From Octopus sinensis (lineage: Eukaryota): a stretch of DNA of 64,000 nt. The notes under the pieces are model-generated. The model worked only from the letters and a program-made list of their open reading frames with translations, did not search any database and had not been told where the DNA came from. Every line of letters begins with the position of its first letter. Within the stretch, counting starts at the first letter, position 1. A program made the position numbers and the translations under genes. Shown piece by piece: positions 13,271 to 25,022 of this stretch. Where the stretch lies: positions 32,240,001 to 32,304,000 of the forward strand of contig NC_042998.1 in the NCBI RefSeq assembly GCF_006345805.1, read 5' to 3'.

Positions 13271-13450
13271 GTGGCACATAAAATCCCCCACTACACTCTC
13301 GGAGTGGTTGGCGTTAGGAGGGCATCCAGCTGTAGAAACACTGCAGATCTGACTGGCCTGGTGCAGCCTTCGGGCTCCCCAGACCCCAGTTGAACCGTCC
13401 AACCCATGCTAGCATGGAAAGCGGACGTTAAATGATGATGATGATGAAGA

Positions 13451-13452
<2 letters not shown>
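13270..13452 (+). mobile_element. RTE-type 3' end / SINE-like family D body ending in (GAT)n
   Basis: CCCACTACACTCTCGGAGTGGTTGGCGTTAGGA...GGACGTTAAATGATGATG. The same family occurs at 51960, 54185, 57085, 59367, 59880 and 61688. Confidence 0.8.
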
Positions 13453-13513
<61 letters not shown>

Positions 13514-13864
13514 CGTTTTTTGTGAAATATACATTTTTAAATTACGAAAAAATTATTAGACGGAAACAACAAAATCTATAGAAGATAGAAAGTTCTTAGT
13601 AAAACGAATTCCGTCATAAGACGTATTTAACTGAGTTGTTGGTGGAAATGCTATCATACTTTGTCATTTCATATCCTGATATTTTATGCATTAAATATTG
13701 ATTTTTTTCTCTTATTCTGTGTCTGACTAAATATGGAGTCAATATTCAGTAGGTGTTGTGAATGTAGGTACTAAAACAGTAGTTCAGCTGTAGGAGGTAA
13801 CCAGCACGTCATCTAATATATATATAAATACATGCATATTATATATCCTACACACACACACACA

Positions 13865-13909
<45 letters not shown>

Positions 13910-13923
13910 ATATATATATATGC

Positions 13924-14081
13924 GCAGGAGTGGCTGTGTGTAAGCAGCTTGTTAACCAACCACATGGTTTCGGGTTCATTCTCACTGCGTGGCACCTTGA
14001 GCAAGTGTCTTCTACTATAGCCTAGGGCCGATCAAAGTCTTCTGAATGGATTTGGTAGGCGGAAACTGAAAGAAGCTCGTC

Positions 14082-14160
<79 letters not shown>

Positions 14161-14408
14161 TGTATAAATATATATATACGTGTATATATTTCTATGTGTG
14201 TATTCCCCCCCAAAAAATCGCTTGACAACCGATGCTGGTGTGTTTACATCCCCGTAACTTAGCGGTTCGGCAAAAGACACCAATAGAATACGTACTAGGC
14301 TTACAAAGAATAACTCCTGGGATCGATTTGATCGAATAAAGGCGGTGCTCAAGCATGGCCGCAGTCAAAATGACTGAAACATATAAAAGAATAAAAGAAA
14401 AAAGAATA
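13924..14408 (+). mobile_element. tRNA-derived SINE family B with internal (TA)/(TG) microsatellite
   Basis: GCAGGAGTGGCTGTGTG...GGGTTCA (B-box-like)...GGCACCTTGAGCAAGTGTCTTCTACTATAGCC...GACTGAAAC...ATAAAAGAA tail. Many copies in the window. Confidence 0.85.
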
Positions 14409-14679
14409 TATATGCGTGTATATGTGTGGTGGGGAATATGCCTATATATATATATATATATTCTTCACGTGGATATAACTGAAGTATACTATAGTTTAAA
14501 AGGCCAGTGGTGGTTGCCAAATACTCGCATACACCATCTTCATACACACTCAGTTTATCTGTTTTGGGCATAATAAAATTATGATATATATGTATATATA
14601 TATATATATTAATTATATTATATTATATTATATTATATTATATTATATCATATATATATAATAATGATAATAATAATAT

Positions 14680-15135
14680 GACAACAAAAGAATGAATGAG
14701 ACCTTGATATTGTATAAAATAGAGGAATTTATCTATAAATATAATATGTGACAATTAGTTGGTTGTCATAATAAAACTCAGAGTTTCGAATACCGGGTCT
14801 GAAGTCTGCTCCGGCATCTCATCAGTTATTTAGACAGAACGCTATAATCCTTGGCGTTTTACGCGTATCACAAGAAATAATAAGAGTAAGAACACCAACC
14901 ATACTGTAAGCTTCTATTAAAACAAACTGTTAAAAGTTTCATTTGACTACTCTCACTCGCTTATATGTTTAATCAACAACCTCTGCAGCTGTTATTTGGC
15001 TTCGTGTTTTCAATGCCGGGGTAGAACACAGTTGGTATGAACTTTATACCTTAATTCTCACCACATGAAGACTATTGTCATATATTGCCCCAACCACAGC
15101 GATGTGCTCCATGTGTAAAGGAGAAGTAAGAACAG
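14680..15135 (-). mobile_element. Penelope-like terminal (pseudo-LTR) fragment carrying a hammerhead motif
   Basis: Solitary non-coding segment containing a complete hammerhead. The PLE assignment is inferred from the ribozyme type. Confidence 0.5.
14770..14830 (-). ncRNA. Minimal type-I hammerhead ribozyme with palindromic stem III
   Basis: AAUAA-CUGAUGA-GAUGCCGG (14-nt loop) CCGGUAUUC-GAAA-CUC U GAG-UU-UUAUU: 5-bp stem I, 8-bp stem II with one bulge, near-palindromic ACUCUGAGU and a GUU cleavage triplet. Confidence 0.8.
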
Positions 15136-15150
15136 TTTAATGTTAAAACA

Positions 15151-15305
15151 CTTTTATCTTTTACTTGTTTCAGTCATTAGACTGCGGCCATGCTGGGGTA
15201 CTACCTTGAAGGATTTTAGTCAGTCCTATCGACCCCTGTACGCATTCTATTGTACCTTTTGCCGAACCGCTAGGCTATTAGGACGTAGACACACCAAACA
15301 CATAC
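15151..15305 (-). mobile_element. SINE family B, 3' fragment
   Basis: CTTTTACTTGTTTCAGTCATTAGACTGCGGCCATGCTGG, the reverse complement of the family B tail. Confidence 0.8.
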
Positions 15306-15333
15306 TCAAACATGCGCGCACACATGTATATAT

Positions 15334-15368
<35 letters not shown>

Positions 15369-15446
15369 TAGAAAAAAAACACCTTTTATCCATTCAATAA
15401 TGAAAACTTAAATTATATTCCCTCATATATATATATATTATAAATA

Positions 15447-15971
15447 TACAAATTAGTAAATAAATGGCACAACTAAGTATCGTTATTTACTGGAAATAGC
15501 GAACGTAAAAATACGACGCTAATGTGTAGCTTCACCGCGTATATATTAGCAAAAATGCGTGTGTGCAACAAATTAGAGAAAAAAAACTGTCTTACCTCCA
15601 GGGAGAACATCTGAAAGATGAAACACCAGGAAAAGGATAATGTGGTACCTGCAGGTTTCAGGTTTTACAAGATATGTCTCTCACCATATTTTGTTTTACC
15701 TTCAACAGCCAAACATATACCAAGACGAAATCTACGATGTTACCACATTAATACTACACACTCGACTGAAATGCGGAACGCTAACAGTACGAGAAACGTG
15801 AAGAAGTTTCAAAATATCAGTAATGCAATACAAAGTATTGCCTTCCAGTAAAAAGTAGCCCGTGAGGGAAAAATACACAAATTAGTAAATAAATGGCACA
15901 ACTAAGTACCGTTATTTACTGGAAATAGCGAACGTAAAAATACGACGCTAATGTGTAGCTTCACCGCGTAT
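15447..15971. repeat. ~95-bp direct repeats (15447-15542, 15877-15971) flanking a ~330-bp unique core
   Basis: ACAAATTAGTAAATAAATGGCACAACTAAGTA(T/C)CGTTATTTACTGG...TTCACCGCGTA occurs twice, nearly identical. Confidence 0.9.
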
Positions 15972-16008
15972 GTATATATAAATATATATATATACATATA
16001 TATATATA

Positions 16009-16039
<31 letters not shown>

Positions 16040-16059
16040 ACATATATATATATATATAC

Positions 16060-16206
16060 TTATACACAACGGGCTTCTTTGAGTTTCCGTCTATCAAATC
16101 CACTCTCGGGCCTAGACTATAGTAGAAGATACTTGCTCAAGGGGCAATGTAGTGAGATTGAACACGGGACAATGTGGTTGGGAATCAAACTTCTTACCAC
16201 ACATCC
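16060..16206 (-). mobile_element. SINE family B, 5' fragment
   Basis: GGGCTTCTTTGAGTTTCCGTCTATCAAATCC...GAAGATACTTGCTCAAG...ATGTGGTTGGGAATCAAACTTCTTACCAC. Confidence 0.75.
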
Positions 16207-16778
16207 AAGCGAAAAGGTATTCCAACAGTGGAAGTAAATTCTAAAATGATAAAGATAAAATGAAGATGTCGACAGGATATCTTTGAAGTAACAAAATGTT
16301 TGCAGATTTTCTTAACCTCCGGCACGCGCTCCATTTCGTCTGAATGAACTTGCTTTTGTATTTTGTTGCGAATGACACAGAAAACTGATCTCAGAAACGG
16401 AAACCGTTTAAGTTTCAAGACCCATTCTATAGATTTGAAAAATCACTTATAAATGATCATAAATGGTAGAATTGTGAGTAATTTTATCAAGAAAGATAAA
16501 AGCAACAGATATGATATGTTATGATACATAAAAGCAGTTGATTCCGTCAAAGATTCTAATACACCAGAGCAGATGTTTCAGTGTGATGCATTCTAATATA
16601 TCAAAAGAACAGCTGCTATGATGTATTGCAGTGCATTATATCTGCAGCTGTTATGATCTGTCTACTGTAGGATGTAAATATTTTCAAATATTTCGCTACT
16701 CAATGCAACCCTAAATTGCAAGCAATGTCTTTCTCCGCTTCACAGGAAACTTGTATCGGATTCCTCGGTTGTTATATA

Positions 16779-17010
16779 AGGCGGCGAGCTGGCAGAATCG
16801 TTAGCACGCCGAGCGAAAAACTTAGCAGTATTTCGTCTGTCGTTACGTTCCGAGTTCAAATTCCGCCGAGGTCGACTTTGCCTTTCATCTTTTCGGGGTC
16901 GATAAATCAAGTACCAGTCTCACACTGGGGTCGATGTAATCAACTTAATCCATTTGTCTGTCCTTGTTTGTCCCCTCTGTGTTTAGTCCCTTGTGGGTAG
17001 TAAAGAAATA
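16779..17010 (+). mobile_element. tRNA-derived SINE family A
   Basis: GGCGGCGAGCTGGCAGAATCGTTAGCA...GAGTTCAAATTCCGCCGAGGTCGAC (B box)...TTGTGGGTAGTAAAGAAATA. Confidence 0.88.
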
Positions 17011-17639
17011 CATATAAACACCATTCTACAGCAGACATCTTAATATATGAAAAAGCTATATTTGATCAGTTCGCATAACACTTTTTTCCAGCTTCTATCA
17101 AGAAGTCACTCGTCAAATGAAATAAATATGTGGGTATTGCTTGGAATTTAGCAAATGTTCAATGATCTGTAGTATTAGATCTGTCAGATGCCAAGATAAT
17201 TGAATGAAAACGGATAAATTAACAGTCTTGATTTGATAACAGAAAAAAGTTAATTAATTCCAAGAAAATAGAAATTTGGAAGATAATGTAAAAATCACTA
17301 GAAAACAAAAGAAAGGGTAAATGTTTATAAGGCAGATATTTTTGAACATCTCTACAAATTTTCCCAACAATTTCTTAAACTGAAGATATTTTAGCCAACA
17401 ACCAAATCTAAATAATAAAACAAAATTCAATTTCAGCTAAGATTAACCGTTTGGCTGATAGAATTTATTTTGTATTATTAGCCAATAAATGCCTCACTAT
17501 GTAGTATGCTTAGATAGCGTAGAAATAAAATCACGCACCAATATATTTTACTCAACCCACATACTCTTATGTGTGAGCGCGCATGCGTATTTGTACACAC
17601 GCGCGCGCGGGCACACATACACACATATACATGCGTGAT

Positions 17640-18290
17640 GGCAACAACTCGATTTCGAGGAATGCTATCGCTTGACTTTTCTCTTGAACCATCATGGATA
17701 TGGCTTTTCAACCCTGTTCGAGACCTAGCCTCTTTTGCAAAGGTGCGGCCACGCTGGTCATCTCCTGCATCCAGTGTTCATTTCAGAGTGTTATCACCTA
17801 CGCTACTCAATGCAACCCTAAATTGCTCGCAATGTCTTTCTCCGCTTCACAGGAATGTTCCATTGAGTGCTTTGCCTTTTTTGGCAGCAGCCAGACTTAG
17901 TATGCAACACTAATTATGGTTGCTTAACGAAATACCACGATAATGGTGCGCATTCTCTCCTGATGACCAATGAAACCCACTGGAATCCTGTAATGCGGAG
18001 ATTGCGACTGATTACACTTGCACAAGGAAGCTGCTTTAGATCACTAAAACCCTCTCAGCCATCCCATCGTTTTCCCCACATTCCCAATCTACCCAAAGTT
18101 CTCTCTCGCACAACTAAGACTCTTCCGATAATATGCAACCAGACAAGTCGACCTTCGTCCCTCCAAGGTTGCTGAACCTATTTCATCGACACAATCAAAT
18201 TCAGTATTCTCGTCAGCTTCCACAGTTTTTCTTAGAGAATCATTTCCTGTAAAGAAATGCTATATTTTCTTAATGGTTTGTAGGCAGGTT
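17640..18290 (-). mobile_element. Highly decayed RTE-like LINE 3' remnant
   Basis: Weak motifs GFIGHQERM and RSRTGLKSHI resemble the RTE C-terminus (WxGHVxRM; SRIGLxSH). Confidence 0.35.
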
Positions 18291-18326
18291 GTATTTCGTT
18301 AAGCAACCATAATATACTATAAAGTA

Positions 18327-18870
18327 TTGGGTTGTCCGGAAAGTTCGTGCCGATTCAGAGCAGCTTACCTTTCGACTTATTGTTGAGTCCATAAAATAGG
18401 ATTTGACTACACCTCCATTAAGAGCACAGTTTAAGCTATCTTTTCCGGGAAGAAGGTTTATGTTCCTGTAACCTGTTTTAATTCTGTAACCCTTTAAAAT
18501 CAAAGATAAGAAAGTGCATTTTCGGCATTTGATGCTTTGGAACCAGACACAAATTGCTGCAGCTCGGCTGGGATGTGTTACCCCATCCTCCATATTCACA
18601 AGATATTGCTCCTTTGGATTTCCACTTATTCAGGTCTCTGCAGAATAGTCTTAATGGTAAAAATTTCAATTCCTTGGATGACGTAAAAAGATACCTTGGT
18701 GAATTCTTTGCCATGAAACCACTTCACTTCTGGGAAGAGGGTATTTTCAAGTTAAAAGAAAGATGGAGATGCATTGTGCAACAAAATGGTTCATTAAAAA
18801 TGTAATGGCAAGTATTTATTGACCTTTTTCTTTACTTTAAAAATCGGCACGAACTTTCCGGACAACCCAA
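18327..18870 (+). mobile_element. Internally deleted mariner element
   Basis: TIR TTGGGTTGTCCGGAAAGTTCGTGCCGATT / AATCGGCACGAACTTTCCGGACAACCCAA with TA TSDs. Transposase C-terminus LPHPPYSQDIAPLDFHLFRSL at 18554-18805. Confidence 0.95.
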
Positions 18871-19324
18871 TATATTAAATGTTTTTATAACTCAACACCA
18901 TGTTCTACTGTGTTAGCAGTGCTCTTTACATTATATTGTGAAGGTTATTTCTACATGCCTTTTCGTTGACCCACCATCAAACGCCTAATACAATGTGGTA
19001 CAGTTCTAACATTCTATGGTGAGATGTGACTTTGTATTTACACTTCATACCACCATTGATACTTGCACTGTGCTTAGAATTATTAATTAGGGAGAAGTGA
19101 TTAGGAATTTCCCTGAATCACCGAAATCGCAGCAGTCATAAATAGTCAGATAATTGCAAATGAAATACGATGTCACCTGTGATCACCAAGTGAACTAGTC
19201 TTACGGTTCACTGGAATATCAAGTGCTTGCTCATTACGACGTGTGGATTAAAAGAAGTGCTGGACCGTCAGTTGCTGAAGAATTGACGCTGTCTATGAAT
19301 ACGCACACAGATACACACATACAG

Positions 19325-19356
<32 letters not shown>

Positions 19357-19777
19357 AAATATACAAAGACGTAAACACACACACACACACACACAGACAA
19401 AAACACAAATATACAAAGAAGTAAACACACTCACAAAAAAAAACTAAATTCATTGATATTAATTATTAAATATATAAAATAATTGATTCCCCAATCATTA
19501 TAAAATATTAATGTATTGCATGGAATTCAGGATAAAACTCGTTAAATAGCAACTATTTTTATCTTAGGTGGCTACAATTTCGTCTGCCTTTTAGAGTTCC
19601 ATGTATAAAGTACGTATAACCTCGTTAGACACGCGTGGCATAAGTTCAGCTTCAGAATAAATTAAATATAGCGTTATGAAGACATAATTTGCGCTTTCGC
19701 TATGAGCGGGTGTTGCGTTAATTATGACGAGCTTGGTTTTTGTAGCATTTTATTTCAGGTAATAATATTACGATTAT

Positions 19778-20010
19778 AAGGCTGCGAGCTGGCAGAACTG
19801 TTAGCACGCCGGGCGAAATGCGTAGCCGTATTTCGTCTGCCGCTACGGTCAGAGTTCAAATTCCGCCGAGGTCGACTTTGCCTTTCGTCCTTTCGGGGTC
19901 AATAAAATAAGTACCAGTTACGCACTGGGGTCGATATAATCGACTTAATCCGTTTGTCTGTCCTTGTTTGTCCCCTCTATGTTTAGCCCCTTGTGGGTAG
20001 TAAAGAAATA
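19778..20010 (+). mobile_element. SINE family A
   Basis: Full-length match to the 16779 copy. Confidence 0.88.
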
Positions 20011-20035
20011 TATAAAATAGTAATAATGAATAGCT

Positions 20036-20358
20036 TGTGGAAGCGTAATGGCCCAGAGGTTAGGGCAGCGGACTCGCGGTTGTAGGATCGTGGCTTCGAT
20101 TCACAGACCGGGCGTTGTGAATGTTTATTGAGCGGAAATATCTAAAGCACAACGAGGCTCCGGCAGGGGGGGGGGCGAACCCTGCTTTACTCTTTCGCCA
20201 CAACTTTCTCTCGCTCTTTCTCCCTGTTTCTGTTGTACCTGTATTTCAAAGGGGGCTAGCCTTGTCACACTCTGAGTCACGCTGAATCTCCCCCCGAGAA
20301 CTACGTTAAGGGTACACGTGTCTGTGGAGTGCTTAGCCACTTGCACGTTAATTTCACG
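20036..20358 (+). mobile_element. tRNA-derived SINE family C
   Basis: GGAAGCGTAATGGCCCAGAGGTTAGGGCAGCGGACTC...GGCTTCGATTC (A/B boxes). An inverted copy lies at 24688-24982. Confidence 0.8.
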
Positions 20359-20399
20359 TTTGAATCAACTAGAACGGTCGGCGACGGAGCGCCACGACG

Positions 20400-20520
20400 A
20401 CGATGAATGAATGTCATCATCATCAGTATCATCATCATCATCGTCATGGCCGTCATCCTCGTTGTCATAATCATCATCATCATCATCATCATCATCATTT
20501 TCCTACTCATCAATCATCAT
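20400..20520. repeat. (ATC)n/(GTC)n trinucleotide repeat
   Basis: Direct reading. Confidence 0.9.
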
Positions 20521-20719
20521 AATTCCATGCATGGTTCAGCTTAGTCCCTGCCATTGCAACCGTTAAGTTTCCTTTCGTAACCATGTTTTACTTAGTATCT
20601 GGGGCCTCACATCGGTGAGGAGGCCGGTGTTCTGTAAAGCCGTCGAGAGGAAGGTCCCGAAATGGTGCGCATTCTCTCCTAAAAGTATACATAAAGCAGA
20701 CCAGGCTCACTTTATTTTC

Positions 20720-21330
20720 ACTTACCTTTTACACATACTCTGCACTTAATGCCTTTTATTTCAGACCAAGCAATATCACACCATAAATACTTAATCTGTG
20801 CTTTTTTTGGAGGTAGGTTCCCATTTCCCATCGGTTCTAACTGTAGTAATCGTTCCTTGAAGTTCACCTTCTCTTTCCTTCTAACTCTAGCGACTCTGCT
20901 CTCACAACTCACCTTCAGTAACGATTGAGTCAAAAAGCATTCAGCTACCTCTAAAAAGCTTCCTAGTTATTTGAAATAGTATTCTTATAATTAAGTAATC
21001 CGGTTCATCGGCTGCGTAAAAAGTCTTCCTTTTCTGTCAACTTGTACATAATGTTGTTGTGCTTTTTGTATGCCCACTGTATACATTGAAAACACATTAC
21101 AGACATCATAGCTATCTCTTTACTTCATATTAAGCATAGCTATTTTTAAGATGGCAGTAAACTTGTGATGTCCTTTGTTGTAACCAAAAAGTTTGTTTCT
21201 GTTTGATTTGCCTTAAGGCGTCTCGATTAGAAACTGTTTCTATGTTTGAAATCATTTCCCAGTTCTTCCAGCTACGAGAGCTAGGTCTTTGCTATACAAA
21301 CATTCCCACAAGCTGCTGGTCTTAAACTTC
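20720..21330 (-). mobile_element. Decayed RTE-clade LINE reverse transcriptase remnant
   Basis: Manual translation: EKFKTSSLWECLYSKDLALVA (cf. WELLYADDLxL), RRLKANQTETNFLV, CFQCIQWAYKKH, SCESRVARVR. Collinear with the RTE at 10228. Confidence 0.65.
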
Positions 21331-22569
21331 TCTGAAAGAATCAGAAAAATTATAATACATAGACTTCTGAATCTAGCTCTGATTGATACATGAACGCTAA
21401 AAGTTTCATCGAATTCGCAGCTATCATCTCATTGCAGACGCAATCGTACATGGCTAGCACAATTCTCACAAGACGTGCACTTATACTATCTTTTCTTAGT
21501 AGTTATTAGATAACGAATGTTAGGTGTAACGGTTTTGCTCTCAGTACTTCTGCAGTTGGCTTGTTAAAAAGATGGAATAGGGTAAAACAAACAAAAATTG
21601 CATCGAATCTATGCTACTTCATTTCGATTTCACTTTGTTATAATTCTTTCTGCCTCTAATCCATAATTTCTAAGCTTTTGTAGTTTTACTTTCGTGGAAC
21701 ATTTACCTTGCTCTCCTTCGCCCTATTAGCAGTTGGTAATTATTGTAGGTGAAACCAGTCAGTGAGCACTCGATGGTTAGCGCGTATCCTATTTTGAAAG
21801 ATATCTTAACTTCTCCCTTGTCTTCATCTCCTTCGTGGTCTTTTCAACCTTTAGCACACTGCATTTTCTCTAGAATTCTTTTCCCTGCCACTGCCCTGTT
21901 ACTACAGGGGAGAAAACCCATACGGCAGCATGTTGCACCCACAGTATGCTAAAGGTTAAATATGATTGTCAGCTTCAATTGCTGGGCCTACAAGAATGAG
22001 CACTCTGGGTATCATAAATGTTCTTCATTTAACAGTTTCTAGCAAAATCCTTTCCGTGATGCTTTCTTATGCCTCTTTTAACGTGTGTACCATTATGATT
22101 TTACGGTCCTTATAGTATACTTAATTTAAGAATAAATTATCCGAAGATTGACTCGTCTTTTAAATTATTGCTTGTTAATTATAATCTGCAATTTTTCGAA
22201 AGCGTTTACGTAGCAAGCCACTATTAATTACAATTAAAGGAATTCGTTAAAATCCGTAAAGCATTTTAAAATTAGATTACAGTCGTGCGTTATCGGATAT
22301 TTTCTAATTAAATATAATTTTCTTGCAAACGACCTAATTATTTTGAATATAAGAACATTATTAATAATAGAAATTATATAAGTAATTAAGGACAAAATTA
22401 AATAACAACTGACTAAATGCTGTTTGACATGTAAACAGCATTAAATGATAGAATACTAAGGATGCTGGATTGCAATCCGGAGAATATCTTTCTGAAAGAT
22501 CCTCCCATAACAGAATCTTATGATAATTCTGCTTGTCATTCCGTTACTTATCCCGTCTGTAACGCTTTC

Positions 22570-22840
22570 ACGTTCTAAGAGATATAGAGGGAGAAAGAAA
22601 AGAGGGAGGGAGAAAAGGAGGGAGAGAGAAGCGTATATGATGTGAGGTAGAGGGAATGTGATTGTAACGCTTTCACGGGATTAGTTGAAAAGAAAGAGGA
22701 GAAAAAATGGAAAGAGAGGAGAAAGAAAAAGGAGAGAGAAAAAGAGAATAAGGTGAAGAGTGAGACAGCAAGAAGAAGAAAGAGAGAAAAAGACGGAGAG
22801 AGAAAAGTAGGAGAGAAAAGTGTCCATGATATGAGATAAG
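22570..22840. repeat. Purine-rich (GA/GAA) low-complexity tract
   Basis: Direct reading. Confidence 0.85.
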
Positions 22841-23552
22841 GGGTACGTAATAATTTTAGCAGAGGAGTGATGTTCTGATGGTGAAGTTAAAGAAAGACAG
22901 AAAGGGGAGAGAGAGGAAGAGAGGAGGGAGAAAGAGAAGGGTAGAGAGAGATGGTGGTGGTGGAGTTGGTGGTGGCGATGGTGATTCGATAGTAAAAAGT
23001 GTATTCTTGTTAATTGAACTAAGTTTTTTTTTATATATCACCTTTCACTGAACGCATGCGCATAAGTGCAATTCTGTGAAATATTCACGCTTATTTACGA
23101 GGCAGATATATGCAATTTAACTAAAGAATGTATCAAATATACGCGATATTTTTTGTTTATGGAAAAATGGAAAAATAAGAGTGAATATTTATTTTATGAG
23201 TGATGTGTATTAAGTCGATAAAATTGTGCATAAAATATATAAATTGTATATATAAAGTACATTAAATAATCATCGTATTTCAATTTCCTTCATTTTTCAA
23301 TGAATAGCAGATGAGCGACTGTCTTTTCATACAGAACACCACAGGCTGCGCTTTCAGGTTTTTTGGATAAAGTTTTCAGAAATAATCCAGTAGGTTTACT
23401 ATTAATTCCGTGAAATACTCATGGGTCCCGCTAATATGAAATAATTTTGCCCAATCAATATAGTTTTTTAAAATACATTTTTATTATATTTTTCTGGAGA
23501 CATACATACACACACATGCATAAGAATACACATACACACACGTATAAATATG

Positions 23553-23772
23553 TACGAGGGGTGATGAAAAGTTCTTGGGTTTAAGGGTATGACGAAAGGC
23601 CTAGTTGAAGGCCAAACCATCTGAGATCTCTTACAGGGCTTAGAAAAACTGAAAGACCACCGTAATAAGTGTGTGAATCGGAGAGGAGAATATTCTGAAT
23701 AAAATCATAGTTAACTGAGCCTCCTCTACTTTCTTTTACCCAGATTCAGAAACTTTTCAGCACCCCCTCATA
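23553..23772 (+). mobile_element. Mariner-derived MITE
   Basis: Termini TACGAGGGGTGATGAAAAGTT...AACTTTTCAGCACCCCCTCATA with TA ends. Confidence 0.8.
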
Positions 23773-23779
23773 TATATTT

Positions 23780-23879
23780 TTGTATGTATATTACATAGAT
23801 ATGTTTATATATGCAACTGTATATATATTCATACATACATACATACATACATGCATACACACATATATATATATATATG

Positions 23880-23938
<59 letters not shown>

Positions 23939-23948
23939 CATACATATA

Positions 23949-23988
<40 letters not shown>

Positions 23989-23990
23989 TG

Positions 23991-24033
<43 letters not shown>

Positions 24034-24156
24034 TATATATATTATCTGCAACTTTTCTCAGAATTTCATGTTCCCGTTCGTCAGATAGTTTTACTCTACC
24101 TCGGGTACTCGAGTATTTTTTTGTCCACCTTATTTCGCATTTATGTGCTTATTCTG

Positions 24157-24200
<44 letters not shown>
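23780..24200. repeat. (TA)n/(TACA)n microsatellites
   Basis: Direct reading. Confidence 0.9.
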
Positions 24201-24201
<1 letters not shown>

Positions 24202-24210
24202 CACAAATTT

Positions 24211-24590
24211 TAGGTTAGTTATAATATCTTTGTGACATATTTCAACTGCTAAAAAGCTAATTCCCTGCAGTTACCATGGAGAAAATATCTCCCTTATGTT
24301 AAAAAAGAAAAAAAGGTTTGAAAACAACCGGTTGGTTTAGTGTCGCCTATTTATCAGAAATCCCAGACACCAATGCTTCTGGCTTTATTTTTTTACTCTT
24401 GTCAATGGAATGTGCCTAAGAGTAAAAAAACTCGAAACATCGATGTCTGGGATTTCTGATAGATGGCGACACTAAACACACAGGGTGTTTTCACACCATC
24501 TTTTAGTATAAGAAACACATTTTTATCCGCAGTAACTGCAGTGAATTTGCCTTTTAGCAAATATGTCACAAACATATTCTAACTAGCCTT
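24211..24590. mobile_element. Foldback MITE with ~150-bp imperfect inverted arms
   Basis: GTTTAGTGTCGCCTATTTATCAGAAATCCCAGACA pairs with TGTCTGGGATTTCTGATAGATGGCGACACTAAAC. Outer arms TTTGTGACATAT...CTGCAGTTAC pair with GTAACTGCAG...ATATGTCACAAA. Confidence 0.8.
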
Positions 24591-24645
24591 AAATAATTTT
24601 GCTTTTGCCTAATCACTGCGTGGTGCTAACATTTCGCTATATATA

Positions 24646-24687
<42 letters not shown>

Positions 24688-24691
<4 letters not shown>

Positions 24692-24982
24692 TCACCATCA
24701 CGTGACCGACCAGACCATCAGATGTTGCTACTCATCGCTGGTCACAATGCGTTCGCATTGTTTTAGCCTTCGAACGACGCAATCCCACTGGCTAAGCGAG
24801 CAGGCCAACAGAAGAAAGAGCGAGAGAAAGACTGGTGAAAGAGTGCAGCAGGGATCACCACCCCCTGCCGGAGCCTCGTGGAGCTTTTAGGTGTTTTCGC
24901 TTAATAAACACACACAACGCCCGGTCTGGGAATCGAAACCGCGATCCTCCGACCGCGAGTCCACTAGGCCATTGCGCCTCCA
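24688..24982 (-). mobile_element. SINE family C
   Basis: Reverse complement of the 20036 head (GGTCTGGGAATCGAAACCGCGATCC...GAGTCCACTAGGCCATTGCGCCTCC). Confidence 0.8.
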
Positions 24983-24983
24983 T

Positions 24984-25021
<38 letters not shown>

Positions 25022-25022
<1 letters not shown>

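Noticed and set aside
17955-18000. CUGAUGA-CCAAU-GAAAC hammerhead-like string
   Set aside because: No stem II, and no NUH site with a downstream strand pairing to stem I.
20590-20760. Minus-strand exon-intron-exon candidate (GTAAG donor at ~20725, 47-nt intron) and an alternative hairpin pair at 20603-20625
   Set aside because: The donor lies inside a decayed RTE remnant, the intron is very short and the peptide is unrecognisable. The hairpin fits no ribozyme topology I could build.
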